DNA from: Parcubacteria group bacterium Gr01-1014_13
GTDB lineage: Bacteria; Patescibacteriota; Patescibacteriia; Magasanikbacterales; GWA2-37-8
NCBI GenBank assembly: GCA_007376295.1
Contig: VMGB01000002.1
Location: 2,843 to 66,842, forward strand
DNA: 64,000 nucleotides
Reading direction: 5' to 3'
Shown here: in pieces, positions 34,471 to 44,375 of the stretch
Position numbering within the stretch: position 1 is the stretch's first letter
Layout: each line of letters begins with the position of its first letter
Notes under the pieces: generated by a model
What the model was told of the DNA's origin: nothing
The model's database searches: none
Seen by the model: only the letters and a program-made list of their open reading frames with translations
Position numbers and translations under genes: made by a program

Positions 34471-37320
34471 TTATGATTCTATATTGACACTCAAAACCTT
34501 TTCGACAGTTTGTCCTGAGTTACCTGTTAAAATTGCTCTGAGGGTATGTAAGCCAGCTGCAGGCGCATTTTTCCAAGTAAATATTAATTGGTTATTGGTT
34601 AGATTGTCCTCTTTATGATTGAAATTGTAAATTAATTTTGGCGTACCAGTTTCAGAAGAAAGATAGATATCAATTTGTTTGGTATCTTCCCAGCGGAATG
34701 GATTTATACTCATGCTGCGAGGAAATTCTTCCGGACTTAGTGTTACTGAACTGCCATCAGCCCAATCAAAATTTGGCGGATCAAATTCTGCTTGCAAAGC
34801 AAAATTAACACTTTTTTGGGTGCTGTTGTTTTGGTCGTCAATCGCTACCGCGCTTAAAGTATGGGGGCCTTTTAATAGCGCTTGGGCGTAGTAAGAAAAG
34901 TTAAAAGGAAACTCCGTAACTTCGCCAATGGAATGTCCATCTAATTGGTACATAACTTTTTTGACTCCACGCGCTGAGCTGGCGCTTACTTGAATATCGA
35001 TAGTGCGCGAATTTAATATTGCGCCTTCGGTTGGAGAAATAAATTCTAGAGTTGGTACCAAGTCAGAAGAATTTGGGTCGTCATACTGAGTTGGTGGTTC
35101 TTCTAGTGTTATGCTTCCTCCCAAGCCATTTGCCCAAGCGTGTAGACCGGCTTCCCAAGCCATATATTGTGGATCATCAGCTGGAAAAGCTGGATAAGGT
35201 CCGCGTGGATCGTCTTTAATCACATAATGCAAAATATCATGAGGTGGTAAATAGGTGCGTTGGACAATTAAACTTTCCGGAGTAGATGAACTGGCTATTT
35301 TTCCAGTTTCGGAATTTATATTCAAAGTAATACCGCCGCTACCACCTCGTAGTACTGGTTTGGTAGCATCATTTGGCAGTGGGGCTGGGAAATATTCCGG
35401 CTGAGTACCCTTTAATGATTCACGCATGAATTTATTCCAAATTGTACCGGCTAACGCGTTACCACCAGCTTTCATTGGTGAAGGAATTGTGTTGCCCACC
35501 CAGACACCAACAGCCAGTGATGGCACATACCCCATAGTCCAGGCATCCTTATTGTCATTGGTAGTACCGGTTTTAGCTGCGACTGGGCGATCTGGAAGAG
35601 TAAGGTTGCCACGAGCGCCGAAAATAAAGGCGCGTTGTACATCGTCGCTAAGAACATCCGAAATTGTAGCGGCAAGTTCTGGTGTTACTGCCTCTTGTTC
35701 GCTAGCCGGTGTCCATTCGTAGAGGGTTTCGTCAGCACTGTTGGTAATTTTCAAAACACTGGCGGGTTCTTTGTATGCACCATTGTTGGCCAAAGTGGCA
35801 TAACCGTTGGTGTGTTCTAATAAATTTACTTCCTCACCACCTAAAACTAACCCTAAACCAGATACTCCGGTAAAAGTACTGTAGCCAAATTTTTTGGCAA
35901 AGTTTATAGTATTTTTTGTGCCTACTAAATAAAGGGTTTTTACGGCCGGAATGTTTAGTGATCCTTGCAGGGCGCGGCGCATAGTAACTAAACCGTGGCT
36001 TTTGCCATCATAATTTTTCGGAGTGAAATTTTCACCGGCGCGCGCATCAAAATTTGTAGTAACATCGTAGAGAACAGTTTCTGGAGTGTAGCCTTTTTCA
36101 AAGGCGGCAGTATAAACAAAAGGTTTAAAAGAAGAACCAGGCTGACGTTTGCCGAGCGTAGCTACATTGAATTGGCCATTGATATCTTCGTTGTTGTAAT
36201 CACGTGAACCTACCATTGCCAAAATTTGCGCAGTTTTTGGATCTATAGCCACAAGTGCAGCATTGTTGGCGTTGGCATTCTTTGCATTCTTATCTCCCAA
36301 TTCTTTTACAATAGCTTCTGCACTTTTTTGTTTATCATAATCAAGGGTGGTGATTACTTTTAATCCGCCCTCATCGATTGTTCTCTCACCGAATCTGTCA
36401 GCCAAAAGTTGTTTTACATAAAGTACAAAGTGCGGCGCGTCCATAGGTCCGCCACTGCGGAAAATTCGCAGTGCTGCGCCCTGCGCTTCTTTTTTTTCTG
36501 CTTCGGTGATGTATCCTTGATCATGCATTAAAGCCAAAACCAAATCGCGGCGATCGCGCAACGCGTCTAAATTATTTAAATATTTACTTGGAGCTTTTGG
36601 TATGGCTGCTAAAGTAGCGCTTTCGGCTAAATTTAATTCCGCAGCTGTTTTATGGAAATATGATTGGCTGGCCGCCTCTATACCGTAGTTGGTGGAGCCG
36701 TAAGGAATTTCGTTTAAGTATAATTTTAGGATTTGATCTTTGGTATATTTTTTTTCTAGACGAATAGCCAGAATCGCTTCCTTTAATTTTCTAAAGTAGC
36801 CTGCGAAACCTCTGCGTTCATCGCCGACAATCGCGTTTTTAATAAGTTGTTGGGTAAGGGTGGAGGCTCCTCCCGAACCGGCTTTGCGTCCAATTAAGTT
36901 GTTAAATCCGGCCCGGATAATACTTTTGACCTGTATACCGCCATGCTCATAAAAATTTTTGTCTTCTACGGCTACAGTGGCTTTTAGCGCTGAGGTGGCA
37001 ATTTTATCTAACTCAACTAAAGTTCTCTTTTGGTTTTGATAAACTTCATAAAGCATGTGCTCGCCAGTGCGATCGTAGATTTTTGTGCTTTGGGAGACTT
37101 GGCGGTCATTTAATCTGTTTGGGTCAGGCAAGTCCCGGCTTACCCAGGCAACAAGGATTGTACCGATAACAAAAAGAATAGTTGCACCTATTAAGGCGGC
37201 TTGGGAAATAAGTTTTATTAGCTTTTTTCTGTTATGGGCAGCCTTTTCTTTGCGGGGAGCTGGTTCGGTATCAGGGAGCCGTCCATAATGTCGGGATTGG
37301 TGTAATTGGGGAATTGGCAT
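34471..37320 (-). CDS. mrcA: class A penicillin-binding protein (transglycosylase + transpeptidase) with a long C-terminal extension
   Basis: N-terminal TM. GT51 motifs (EDKNFYEHGG, RKAGSGGASTLTQQL). Transpeptidase SxxK/SxN/KTG motifs. About 300-aa C-terminal beta-rich extension. Confidence 0.9.
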   Translation of the reverse strand: MPIPQLHQSRHYGRLPDTEPAPRKEKAAHNRKKLIKLISQAALIGATILFVIGTILVAWVSRDLPDPNRLNDRQVSQSTKIYDRTGEHMLYEVYQNQKRTLVELDKIATSALKATVAVEDKNFYEHGGIQVKSIIRAGFNNLIGRKAGSGGASTLTQQLIKNAIVGDERRGFAGYFRKLKEAILAIRLEKKYTKDQILKLYLNEIPYGSTNYGIEAASQSYFHKTAAELNLAESATLAAIPKAPSKYLNNLDALRDRRDLVLALMHDQGYITEAEKKEAQGAALRIFRSGGPMDAPHFVLYVKQLLADRFGERTIDEGGLKVITTLDYDKQKSAEAIVKELGDKNAKNANANNAALVAIDPKTAQILAMVGSRDYNNEDINGQFNVATLGKRQPGSSFKPFVYTAAFEKGYTPETVLYDVTTNFDARAGENFTPKNYDGKSHGLVTMRRALQGSLNIPAVKTLYLVGTKNTINFAKKFGYSTFTGVSGLGLVLGGEEVNLLEHTNGYATLANNGAYKEPASVLKITNSADETLYEWTPASEQEAVTPELAATISDVLSDDVQRAFIFGARGNLTLPDRPVAAKTGTTNDNKDAWTMGYVPSLAVGVWVGNTIPSPMKAGGNALAGTIWNKFMRESLKGTQPEYFPAPLPNDATKPVLRGGSGGITLNINSETGKIASSSTPESLIVQRTYLPPHDILHYVIKDDPRGPYPAFPADDPQYMAWEAGLHAWANGLGGSITLEEPPTQYDDPNSSDLVPTLEFISPTEGAILNSRTIDIQVSASSARGVKKVMYQLDGHSIGEVTEFPFNFSYYAQALLKGPHTLSAVAIDDQNNSTQKSVNFALQAEFDPPNFDWADGSSVTLSPEEFPRSMSINPFRWEDTKQIDIYLSSETGTPKLIYNFNHKEDNLTNNQLIFTWKNAPAAGLHTLRAILTGNSGQTVEKVLSVNIES

Positions 37321-37427
37321 AATTTTATTGATTTTTTCCCCGCCAAAGCGGAATTCTCCTTCGGGGAACCCTGATATTCTATACCAAGTGGTCAGATTTT
37401 ACCAGTCCTCTGACTCTGTCCGAATGA

Positions 37428-37456
37428 TTGACAAAAAGCTCAATTTATGGTATGAT
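37428..37456 (+). promoter_or_regulatory. promoter TTGACA-17-TATGAT for the 3D-domain gene
   Basis: Consensus -35 and 17-nt spacer. Confidence 0.55.
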
Positions 37457-37512
37457 TCTCCGTTAATTCATTGAAGGTATCCCTAAGGGGTACTTTCGTT
37501 AAATAACGAATT

Positions 37513-38067
37513 ATGAGCATGGTTAACACGAAATCTGCCACGATTACCTTGCAAATTGCCATTAATTTGGCAGTTTTAGGAGCTGTAATTAGCCAAATTG
37601 CCCTTCCGCTGGTAGTAAAAGCTAATGTTAGCACAGAAATGCCTAAGATTAGTCCAGATACTGTATTTCAGAAGCCAACTTTCATAAAACTTCCATCTGC
37701 CCCTACTAAACTCGGATTACGACCAGCAGATAGGGAAGTACCTGATAGGGTAATTACCAAAGCTGTAATTACTGCCTATACCAGTACCCCTGACCAGACT
37801 GATGATTCTCCGTTTATTGCTGCTTCTGGTAAAAGAGTACATGATGGTATGATTGCCGCCAACGGTTTACCGTTTGGTACCAGAGTCAAAATCCCAGCTG
37901 TTTATGGTGAAAAGATCTTTGTGGTCGAAGACCGCATGAATCGTCGCTATGGATACGGACGTTTTGATGTTTGGTTGGATACAACCAGAGCTGAAGCCAG
38001 AAAGTTTGGCGTGAAGCGAGTGGAGGTAGAAATATTCTATCCGGAGAAAATGGTTGCTAAGAAATAA
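37513..38067 (+). CDS. 3D (Asp-Asp-Asp) domain cell-wall-binding protein (MltA/RlpA-like fold)
   Basis: Signal/anchor, then ...AANGLPFGTRVKIPAVYGEKIFVVEDRMNRRYGYGRFDVWLD, typical of the 3D domain. Confidence 0.7.
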   Translation: MSMVNTKSATITLQIAINLAVLGAVISQIALPLVVKANVSTEMPKISPDTVFQKPTFIKLPSAPTKLGLRPADREVPDRVITKAVITAYTSTPDQTDDSPFIAASGKRVHDGMIAANGLPFGTRVKIPAVYGEKIFVVEDRMNRRYGYGRFDVWLDTTRAEARKFGVKRVEVEIFYPEKMVAKK

Positions 38068-38079
38068 TACTTAATAAAA

Positions 38080-38110
38080 CAAAAAAGACCCATTATGGGT
38101 CTTTTTTGTT
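38080..38110. terminator. bidirectional intrinsic terminator
   Basis: AGACCCATTATGGGTCT flanked by A6/T6. Confidence 0.7.
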
Positions 38111-38122
38111 TTATTTTAAAAT

Positions 38123-38857
38123 TTATTTCTCCACGATTTCAATCGAAAGAATTTTTACTGGATTAACGGGTTTAGAATTTTCACCGGATGAACTCATAGT
38201 TACTTGAGCCATAGCAATTTTATCGACTACATCCAGACCTTTGGTAACTTTTCCAAAAATTACATAATTTGGCGGCAATGGATAATCATCATGCATGATG
38301 AAAAATTGACTGCCATTAGTATTTGGTCCGGAGTTGGCCATAGCCAAAGTGCCGCGTAAGTATTCACCGGTAAATGGCTCGTCATTAAATTTATATCCTG
38401 GTCCGCCTTTGCCAGTTCCTTCTGGATCGCCACCTTGAATCATAAATCCTTTTATTACGCGGTGGAAAATAGTGTTGTCGTAGAAATTTTTCTTGGACAG
38501 GAACACAAAATTGTTTACAGTTTCCGGTGTCATGCTTGCATTCAAAGCAATTTCCATTTCTCCGGCGGTTGTTTTCATTTTGGCGGTGTAAGTTTTCTTT
38601 TGATCGATAATCATAATCGGAATTTTGTATATAGATAAATCCATATTTAATTTGCTTTTAGGGGTGTTGTCTACGGTAGAAGTTGTGCTGGTAGAGTTTG
38701 GTGCAGTTACGTTCATATCGGTTGAGGTAGGCTGGGAAGTTTGGGTGCTGGTAGTTTCTGTAGCCGGTTGTGGTGATGCGGCCTTTTGTTTACGGTATAA
38801 GTAAGCTCCGCCAACCAAAACTGCTACAACGAGCAGGAAAATAAATGCTTTTTTCAT
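38123..38857 (-). CDS. ppiB: cyclophilin-type peptidyl-prolyl cis-trans isomerase, membrane-anchored with a low-complexity linker
   Basis: FHRVIKGFMIQGGDP...GTLAMANSGPNTNGSQFFI catalytic blocks. Confidence 0.9.
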   Translation of the reverse strand: MKKAFIFLLVVAVLVGGAYLYRKQKAASPQPATETTSTQTSQPTSTDMNVTAPNSTSTTSTVDNTPKSKLNMDLSIYKIPIMIIDQKKTYTAKMKTTAGEMEIALNASMTPETVNNFVFLSKKNFYDNTIFHRVIKGFMIQGGDPEGTGKGGPGYKFNDEPFTGEYLRGTLAMANSGPNTNGSQFFIMHDDYPLPPNYVIFGKVTKGLDVVDKIAMAQVTMSSSGENSKPVNPVKILSIEIVEK

Positions 38858-38917
38858 GTTAATTTAATTAAATTTTAATTGTTAGAATTGTAACAGGAAC
38901 AAATTTTTTTAGCAAAT

Positions 38918-39358
38918 TTATTCAACTTTTTTTGTTTTTAAGCCGAATAGATATATTACTAGTCCTCCCACTATCAACACATCACCTAAATTTATTATAG
39001 CCGTACCGATTAAAAAATAATCTATTACCTGATGGTAAATTATTCTATCAAGCAAATTGGAGATTGATCCAGCCAGCAACATAGACCAAGCTAATAAAAG
39101 TTTTGGCGTATTTAAATTTTTATAAAATAAATAAGTGATCAGTCCGATCATCGGCAGAGTGATTAGGATAGTAAAAATATTTGACAGTGGCAAACCAAAA
39201 GCTACGCCTTTGTTTAAGAAAAGTTGCCAGCCAAAGTAGGGAAAAATTAATTTTGTTGTAGTCCAATGATAAAAGGCTTGAAATTTTAAAATTTGGTCTG
39301 TTAACAAAAAAAGCCCGCTGAAAATAATTATTATCAAACGAGCTTTTTTCGGAGACAT
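38918..39358 (-). CDS. lspA: lipoprotein signal peptidase II
   Basis: 146 aa, 4 TM. NKGVAFGL and ISNLLDRI..HQVIDYF conserved blocks. Confidence 0.85.
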   Translation of the reverse strand: MSPKKARLIIIIFSGLFLLTDQILKFQAFYHWTTTKLIFPYFGWQLFLNKGVAFGLPLSNIFTILITLPMIGLITYLFYKNLNTPKLLLAWSMLLAGSISNLLDRIIYHQVIDYFLIGTAIINLGDVLIVGGLVIYLFGLKTKKVE

Positions 39359-39359
39359 A

Positions 39360-39752
39360 TTAAACCTCTTGGGTAATAGTTTTTTTGCAACTCATGCAAG
39401 AGCTGGAAGTCAGTCTGGCGAGCAATCTTTTTTCTTCAATTGGTTTGTGGCAATACTTGCAGATGCCATAGTCGCCTTTTTCCATTCTGGCCAAGGATTG
39501 ATTGGTATCACGTAAGGATTTTTCTAAATTTTCTTCCAAAGAAAGATTTACCACATAGTCGGCCACTTCGGCAGCGTTTTCATCTTCTTTATCGCCGTAG
39601 TCAGGGAAAGTAGTATCAAAATCATCACCAGAGTTGGATTTTTTTTTGGCAAACTTAGCCAATTCTTTTTCGAGTTTGGTTTTTTCTTCCAAAAGCAAAG
39701 CTTTTACTTTCTTTAGGAAATCAGCTGAATAGGGTAATTTTGTCTTGCTCAT
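39360..39752 (-). CDS. DksA/TraR family C4 zinc-finger protein
   Basis: Coiled-coil N-terminus. C-terminal CKYCHKPI...SSSCMSCK four-Cys finger. Confidence 0.8.
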   Translation of the reverse strand: MSKTKLPYSADFLKKVKALLLEEKTKLEKELAKFAKKKSNSGDDFDTTFPDYGDKEDENAAEVADYVVNLSLEENLEKSLRDTNQSLARMEKGDYGICKYCHKPIEEKRLLARLTSSSCMSCKKTITQEV

Positions 39753-39861
39753 AAGGGCAGGGGTTCTATTTTAGAAAAAATAAAGCAGTCGGAGCGACTG
39801 TTTTTACTGTCTGTGAGTATTTTATCAGTGAGCTGCACGGTTGTCAATAACAGCAACTGTA

Positions 39862-40212
39862 AGCAAATTAATTATAAAAGGCGATCACCTTCTACCTCAA
39901 TTTTTAAATTGATACAGAAGGCGGATCGCCTTTGAAGATATTACTAAGGGGAGGTACTTTCTCCCTCTTAAGGAGAACTTGTACGCTACCTACCTCTGGT
40001 AATATTGAAATTTTGACCCTAACCGCTTGTGGGTAGAGCCCCAGTGTTAAAGTGACCCGAGGGTATTTAACTAATTTAGGGTTACCCGGGAAGAAGTTGG
40101 GCACGCCATTGCTTTTTTTCTATGTAAAGCAGTTGTTTGCCCAGTTCTAAATTGCAGTTTATAGGTCATTTGTATACAGAAGTGTATACATTTGAATTGT
40201 AGAATGAACTAC
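39862..40212 (-). ncRNA. candidate structured ncRNA of about 340 nt (unit E), unclassified
   Basis: Perfect TTGACA-17-TATAAT promoter at 40219..40247 on the minus strand. A 17-bp-stem terminator hairpin at 39877..39934 is followed by a U-rich tract. Multiple internal hairpins. The only ORF (GTG start, no RBS, Pro-rich) is unconvincing. Confidence 0.4.
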
Positions 40213-40374
40213 AAAGATATTATAGCATTTTTTTCACCCTTTGTCAACTATTTGTATACACTAGTATATACAAATATATTTTAGCTGTAATTAGCTAAAA
40301 TTTCCACAGTTTATCCACATTCCCTATAGGTTATACCCAAAGTTATCCACAGTTGTATACACTAGTGTATACAA
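40171..40374. promoter_or_regulatory. regulatory hub: three paired palindromic TGTATACA operators (40171..40190, 40253..40272, 40353..40374) and two perfect DnaA boxes TTATCCACA (40311..40319, 40343..40351) plus weaker boxes
   Basis: Each operator is two self-complementary 8-mers separated by 4 nt (TTGTATACActagTGTATACAA is a perfect 22-bp palindrome). The boxes lie in the same orientation between divergent promoters. Confidence 0.6.
40219..40247 (-). promoter_or_regulatory. perfect consensus promoter TTGACA-17-TATAAT for unit E
   Basis: Minus-strand TTGACA 40242..40247, TATAAT 40219..40224. Confidence 0.6.
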
Positions 40375-40399
40375 ATTTTAATTTTTTTAAATTAACAAC

Positions 40400-40428
40400 T
40401 TGACAAAACACCTGTTTCATCATATATT
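40400..40428 (+). promoter_or_regulatory. promoter TTGACA-17-TATATT for the 40445 gene
   Basis: Followed by RBS GGAGG and an ATG. Confidence 0.55.
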
Positions 40429-40444
40429 CTGTTTGGAGGTTACA

Positions 40445-40921
40445 ATGAACGTACCCCGGATAAAATCAGTCGACCAAGCAACTATTGGGTTAGTCAGTCT
40501 CATCAAAGAGGCAGTCGGCCCAAAAAACATCTACAATATCCACGAGAATTTCTTTTCCAAGCAGTTCAGGAAAAAGGGTATCCTAATGGGTGGGAAGCCA
40601 CTCATTGCGCCATTTTTGGATGGTGAGACTGGCTATGGAGCCCTGAATCGTCTGGCTGCTCATTATACAGGTAAAAATTTCGAATTCTCAAATACATTTA
40701 GCTTGGCTCGGTACATGATTGATAATTCGGCTGAAGTTAGTAAATTTGCCGGAGTTTTGGCTATGAGCGGGGACTCCCTGTGGGTATCGCCGGATAGCCA
40801 TGCTTACTACGCTCCATATGCTTTTGCGAGTGGCGATAGGCGTCGAAGCTTTAGCTTTTATGAGCTTGGTGCTAAGTTCAGTTCTAGGCAAGGGATACTC
40901 CTTTTTGGTCCTAGCGCCTAA
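40445..40921 (+). CDS. hypothetical protein, paralog 1 (..SGDSLWVSPDSHAYYAPYA..)
   Basis: Internal Met with RBS GGAGG. Shares an S-x-D-S-x-W-x-x-P-D block with 41063..41662. Confidence 0.5.
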   Translation: MNVPRIKSVDQATIGLVSLIKEAVGPKNIYNIHENFFSKQFRKKGILMGGKPLIAPFLDGETGYGALNRLAAHYTGKNFEFSNTFSLARYMIDNSAEVSKFAGVLAMSGDSLWVSPDSHAYYAPYAFASGDRRRSFSFYELGAKFSSRQGILLFGPSA

Positions 40922-40945
40922 AAAGGTGGTTAGTAAGGAGTAGAT

Positions 40946-40970
40946 GGGGTTCCACAAGGACCCCTTTTTT
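40946..40970 (+). terminator. intrinsic terminator
   Basis: GGGGTTCCACAAGGACCCC plus T6. Confidence 0.65.
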
Positions 40971-40972
40971 AA

Positions 40973-41001
40973 TTGACAAAACCTTTTATCCACTATATAT
41001 T
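40973..41001 (+). promoter_or_regulatory. promoter TTGACA-17-TATATT containing a DnaA-box-like TTTTATCCAC in its spacer
   Basis: Immediately after the terminator. Drives 41063..41662. Confidence 0.5.
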
Positions 41002-41062
41002 TGTATTTACAATTGACGCTAAAAACATCCAGTTTTGGGATAGTGCGTCTAGGAGGAAAAAC

Positions 41063-41662
41063 GTGGAGAATACAGAGGATAAGAATAATCTCAATCGTGG
41101 GTTTTTGGTTTCCTATGATCAGTCAATGGACATTCAAGAGTTGATGAAACTATCCCTGAATGTGCTAAATAGTAGAAACATCAACTATGATATTACCCAA
41201 GAGCATTTTGACAAACTCTCGGGAGTTGGTATTCGGACAGTGAGTTTGCGGGTAGAGCCGTACCTTTTGATTGAAACAAGCGCACAGGCTGTCCTGCGAC
41301 TAGTAGCCGCGGGTCACACTTTGGCAAACCTGAAGGATCTGGCGGCCTTTATTCGTAGTTATCCCGAGGAAGCAAAAAAGTGGTGGTGGATATTTGCGCT
41401 CAGTGAGGACTCTTGGTGGGCATACCCTGATAATACTAGAGTGGTATATGCCAATATGCAGGGTTGGCTTGGTTACACTCATTGGGGTTTACGCGACCAG
41501 GTCAGTTCGTCAAAATCTGATCTAAACGGAATTCTTGTGTTGGCGGAATCCGACGAGGTATTGGAAGCAAAACGAATTCTTGCTTCAGCTCCCGTGCTGA
41601 AGAAGGGAGACAAAGTAGATCTAGATCAGCTGCAGAAAGATATTAGTAAGTTGGGAACTTAA
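41063..41662 (+). CDS. hypothetical protein, paralog 2 (..SEDSWWAYPDNTRVVYANMQG..), GTG start
   Basis: RBS AGGAGG 6 nt before an in-frame GTG. Trp-rich. Confidence 0.45.
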   Translation: MENTEDKNNLNRGFLVSYDQSMDIQELMKLSLNVLNSRNINYDITQEHFDKLSGVGIRTVSLRVEPYLLIETSAQAVLRLVAAGHTLANLKDLAAFIRSYPEEAKKWWWIFALSEDSWWAYPDNTRVVYANMQGWLGYTHWGLRDQVSSSKSDLNGILVLAESDEVLEAKRILASAPVLKKGDKVDLDQLQKDISKLGT

Positions 41663-41764
41663 ACCACACCCCTCAAATTCGCATCGCGGTTTGGGGGTTT
41701 TATATTTTTGACTTGTGTATCGGGGGTGATATAATTCAAAAGGCTAATTTTTACCTTAATTTGT

Positions 41765-43198
41765 ATGCGTCATATCCCTTTGGCTTTAACTTACGACGAT
41801 GTTTTAATTATTCCAAAAAGATCCACACTTTTTTCCCGAAGCGAAGCAATTACCAAAACTCGACTCACCAAAAAAGTTAATTTAAATATTCCGATTGTTA
41901 GTTCCAATATGGATACGGTCAGTGAATCAGAAATGGCGATTGCTATGGCGCGATTGGGTGGAATTAGTATCATCCACCGGTTCATGACTATCGAAGAAAA
42001 TGCCGAAGAAATTAAAAGAGTAAAACGCGCGCAGAATTTTATTGTTCCCGATCCGTATACTATTGATGTAAACAAAACAGTTGGCGAAGCAAAAAGATTT
42101 ATTGCCGCTCACGGGGTGAGCGGGCTACTCGTTACTAGTGGCGATCGCCGACTTCGCGGCATACTTTCTAAACGTGATTTTGTTTTTGTAAAAGATGATA
42201 ATCAGTTTGTGGAACAAGTGATGACTCCGAGAGAAAAATTAATTGTTGGCGGCAGAAATACAAATTTTGTGGAAGCTAAGGAAAAAATGATGATGTATAA
42301 AATAGAAAAGTTGCCTCTAGTGGATGAAAATGATTTTATTATCGGACTAATTACGGCAGATGATATTAAAAATTTAACTGAATACCCATTAGCCAATATT
42401 GATTCTTCCGGCCGGTTGATTGTCGGTGGTTCAGTAGGCGTGCATGGTGATTATTTAGAACGAGCGCAAGAATTGGTGAAAGCCGGAGCAGATGTGCTCG
42501 TGGTAGATATTGCGCATGGCCATTCAGAAATGATGTTTAATGCTTTAAAAAATTTACGAGATAAATGTGGTGACGCGCAAGTTATTGCTGGCAATGTTGC
42601 CACAGCTGATGGCGCCAGAGAATTATGTGAAGCCGGAGTAGATGCAATAAAAGTTGGCGTCGGGCCAGGTACGATTTGTATTACCAGATTAGTTACCGGT
42701 TGTGGTGTACCGCAACTCACTGCGGTAATGGAAGCCGCAGATATGGCTAAAAAATATGGCGTGCCGGTGATTGCTGATGGTGGTATTCAAAAATCAGGAG
42801 ATATAGTAAAGGCTTTGGGCGCGGGTGCAGACAGTGTGATGCTGGGCGGATTATTGGCCGGTACCAAAGAAAGTCCGGGGGTAATAATGTCGCGCGGCGA
42901 TAAAAAATATAAAGTATGTCGAGGCAGCGCCAGTTTTGCCGTGGCTCAGCGTCGCCAAGCTGTACAGCAGGAAAATAAAAATTTAAGCGAAGTTGTTCCC
43001 GAAGGCGTGGAATCGGTAGTGCCATACAAAGGGCCAGTGGCAGATTTGGTAGGCCAATTGGTGGGCGGTTTGAAGTCGGGAATGAGTTATACAAATTCAC
43101 ACACAATTGCAGAACTACAAAATAATACGGACTTCGTACAAATTACTTCTGCGGGTTCTCGCGAAAGCGGGGCGCATGATTTGATAGATGTGAAATAG
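41765..43198 (+). CDS. guaB: inosine-5'-monophosphate dehydrogenase
   Basis: 477 aa TIM barrel with a CBS pair. [18 protein letters not shown] catalytic-Cys loop. [18 protein letters not shown]. Confidence 0.95.
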   Translation: MRHIPLALTYDDVLIIPKRSTLFSRSEAITKTRLTKKVNLNIPIVSSNMDTVSESEMAIAMARLGGISIIHRFMTIEENAEEIKRVKRAQNFIVPDPYTIDVNKTVGEAKRFIAAHGVSGLLVTSGDRRLRGILSKRDFVFVKDDNQFVEQVMTPREKLIVGGRNTNFVEAKEKMMMYKIEKLPLVDENDFIIGLITADDIKNLTEYPLANIDSSGRLIVGGSVGVHGDYLERAQELVKAGADVLVVDIAHGHSEMMFNALKNLRDKCGDAQVIAGNVATADGARELCEAGVDAIKVGVGPGTICITRLVTGCGVPQLTAVMEAADMAKKYGVPVIADGGIQKSGDIVKALGAGADSVMLGGLLAGTKESPGVIMSRGDKKYKVCRGSASFAVAQRRQAVQQENKNLSEVVPEGVESVVPYKGPVADLVGQLVGGLKSGMSYTNSHTIAELQNNTDFVQITSAGSRESGAHDLIDVK

Positions 43199-43274
43199 AT
43201 TGACAAAATCATACTTCTGTATTTAAATTGAATGAACAATTCAGCGAATTTTTCGTTGGAAAAAAATAGGAGGC

Positions 43275-44255
43275 ATGCTCATGGCCGAAGACGTTACAGC
43301 ATTTGTGGAAAGAGTTGGATTGACCGATGCGCTAGAAATTTTGGGCGAGGATGTTTGGAAATACACCAAATTTTCTTTTGAACAGTGGGCTGAAGAGCAC
43401 AACCCTTGTATGTATGATCAGGCGCTAAAGGCAAAGGTCTTGGCCAAAATGGTGGAGATCGCTTCTGTTACTGAGCATTGGCTCAAGATTTGGCATCTGG
43501 CACCGGCTGATAGTGTGGAGCACAGGTTGGTCATTGAAAAAATAAAAGAGAGGCTCAATTTGTTAACCACCTTTGAAGAAGTTCAGAAGTGGCAGCCGTT
43601 TGATTTTCGCCTGGATTTTCAGGGAAAGAACAAAAAGCTAAACACGCTTTGGCTGCAGAGATTAGCAGAGGTGGCGATAGGCTTTGAACAGTGGAAAGCT
43701 GTTTTTTACGAAGCAAATAATTTGCCGACAAAAAATAGCGACGTGTCTGATTTGGCTTTGGCAAATATGGTGGGGAATGCCACAAACGGCAGACGCTGGC
43801 TGGAAGTTTATCATGCTGCTCAAGACGGTAGCTTTGCGCAAAAGAAAGCGCTTGATTATTTCTTCAATCAAGCCAAGACGTATGACGATTGGTTTGATGT
43901 TTGGTATAGAGCCAGAAATAAAGATGAAAATATGGCAAAGCTGGCGCTGGCCAAAGCAGTTCGTAGCGCCGAAACTTTTTCACAGTGGCATCAGTTATTC
44001 TCGCACCACAAAGACAACCAAACACTTCGTGATCTTTGTCTAGAAAAACTTGTGCCTCGGGCCAAAACCTTTTACGATTGGCTATGTGTTTATCAGGCAA
44101 GCGAAGGCCAGGCAAAGCTGGACGCTTTGGAGCAATTGTTGACCAAACCAGAAAATGTAGGTGACTGGCTACATATTTGGCATCATACCCCCGAAGACAG
44201 CAAAGCCAAAGCCAGGGCATTGCACTGGCTGCAAAGTTTCGTCATTAGAGATTAG
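43275..44255 (+). CDS. Trp-rich internal-repeat protein (WLxIWHxxPxDS repeats), hypothetical
   Basis: At least four repeats of about 40 aa (WLKIWHLAPADS ... WLHIWHHTPEDS). Confidence 0.5.
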   Translation: MLMAEDVTAFVERVGLTDALEILGEDVWKYTKFSFEQWAEEHNPCMYDQALKAKVLAKMVEIASVTEHWLKIWHLAPADSVEHRLVIEKIKERLNLLTTFEEVQKWQPFDFRLDFQGKNKKLNTLWLQRLAEVAIGFEQWKAVFYEANNLPTKNSDVSDLALANMVGNATNGRRWLEVYHAAQDGSFAQKKALDYFFNQAKTYDDWFDVWYRARNKDENMAKLALAKAVRSAETFSQWHQLFSHHKDNQTLRDLCLEKLVPRAKTFYDWLCVYQASEGQAKLDALEQLLTKPENVGDWLHIWHHTPEDSKAKARALHWLQSFVIRD

Positions 44256-44375
44256 TTTTGTTCATTATCCAACCAGTGTACAGAAACACTGGTTTTTTGT
44301 TTACTTTTTTACAACCTTTGTTATATAATAAGCGTACATTAAAATGTATAGGGAGGGAGAAGCTTCTGTGTTGTT

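Noticed and set aside
39904-40104. Track ORF on the minus strand inside unit E (66 aa, Pro-rich).
   Set aside because: GTG start without an RBS. The stop is buried in the terminator stem. The composition is not protein-like. The region is better explained as a structured RNA.
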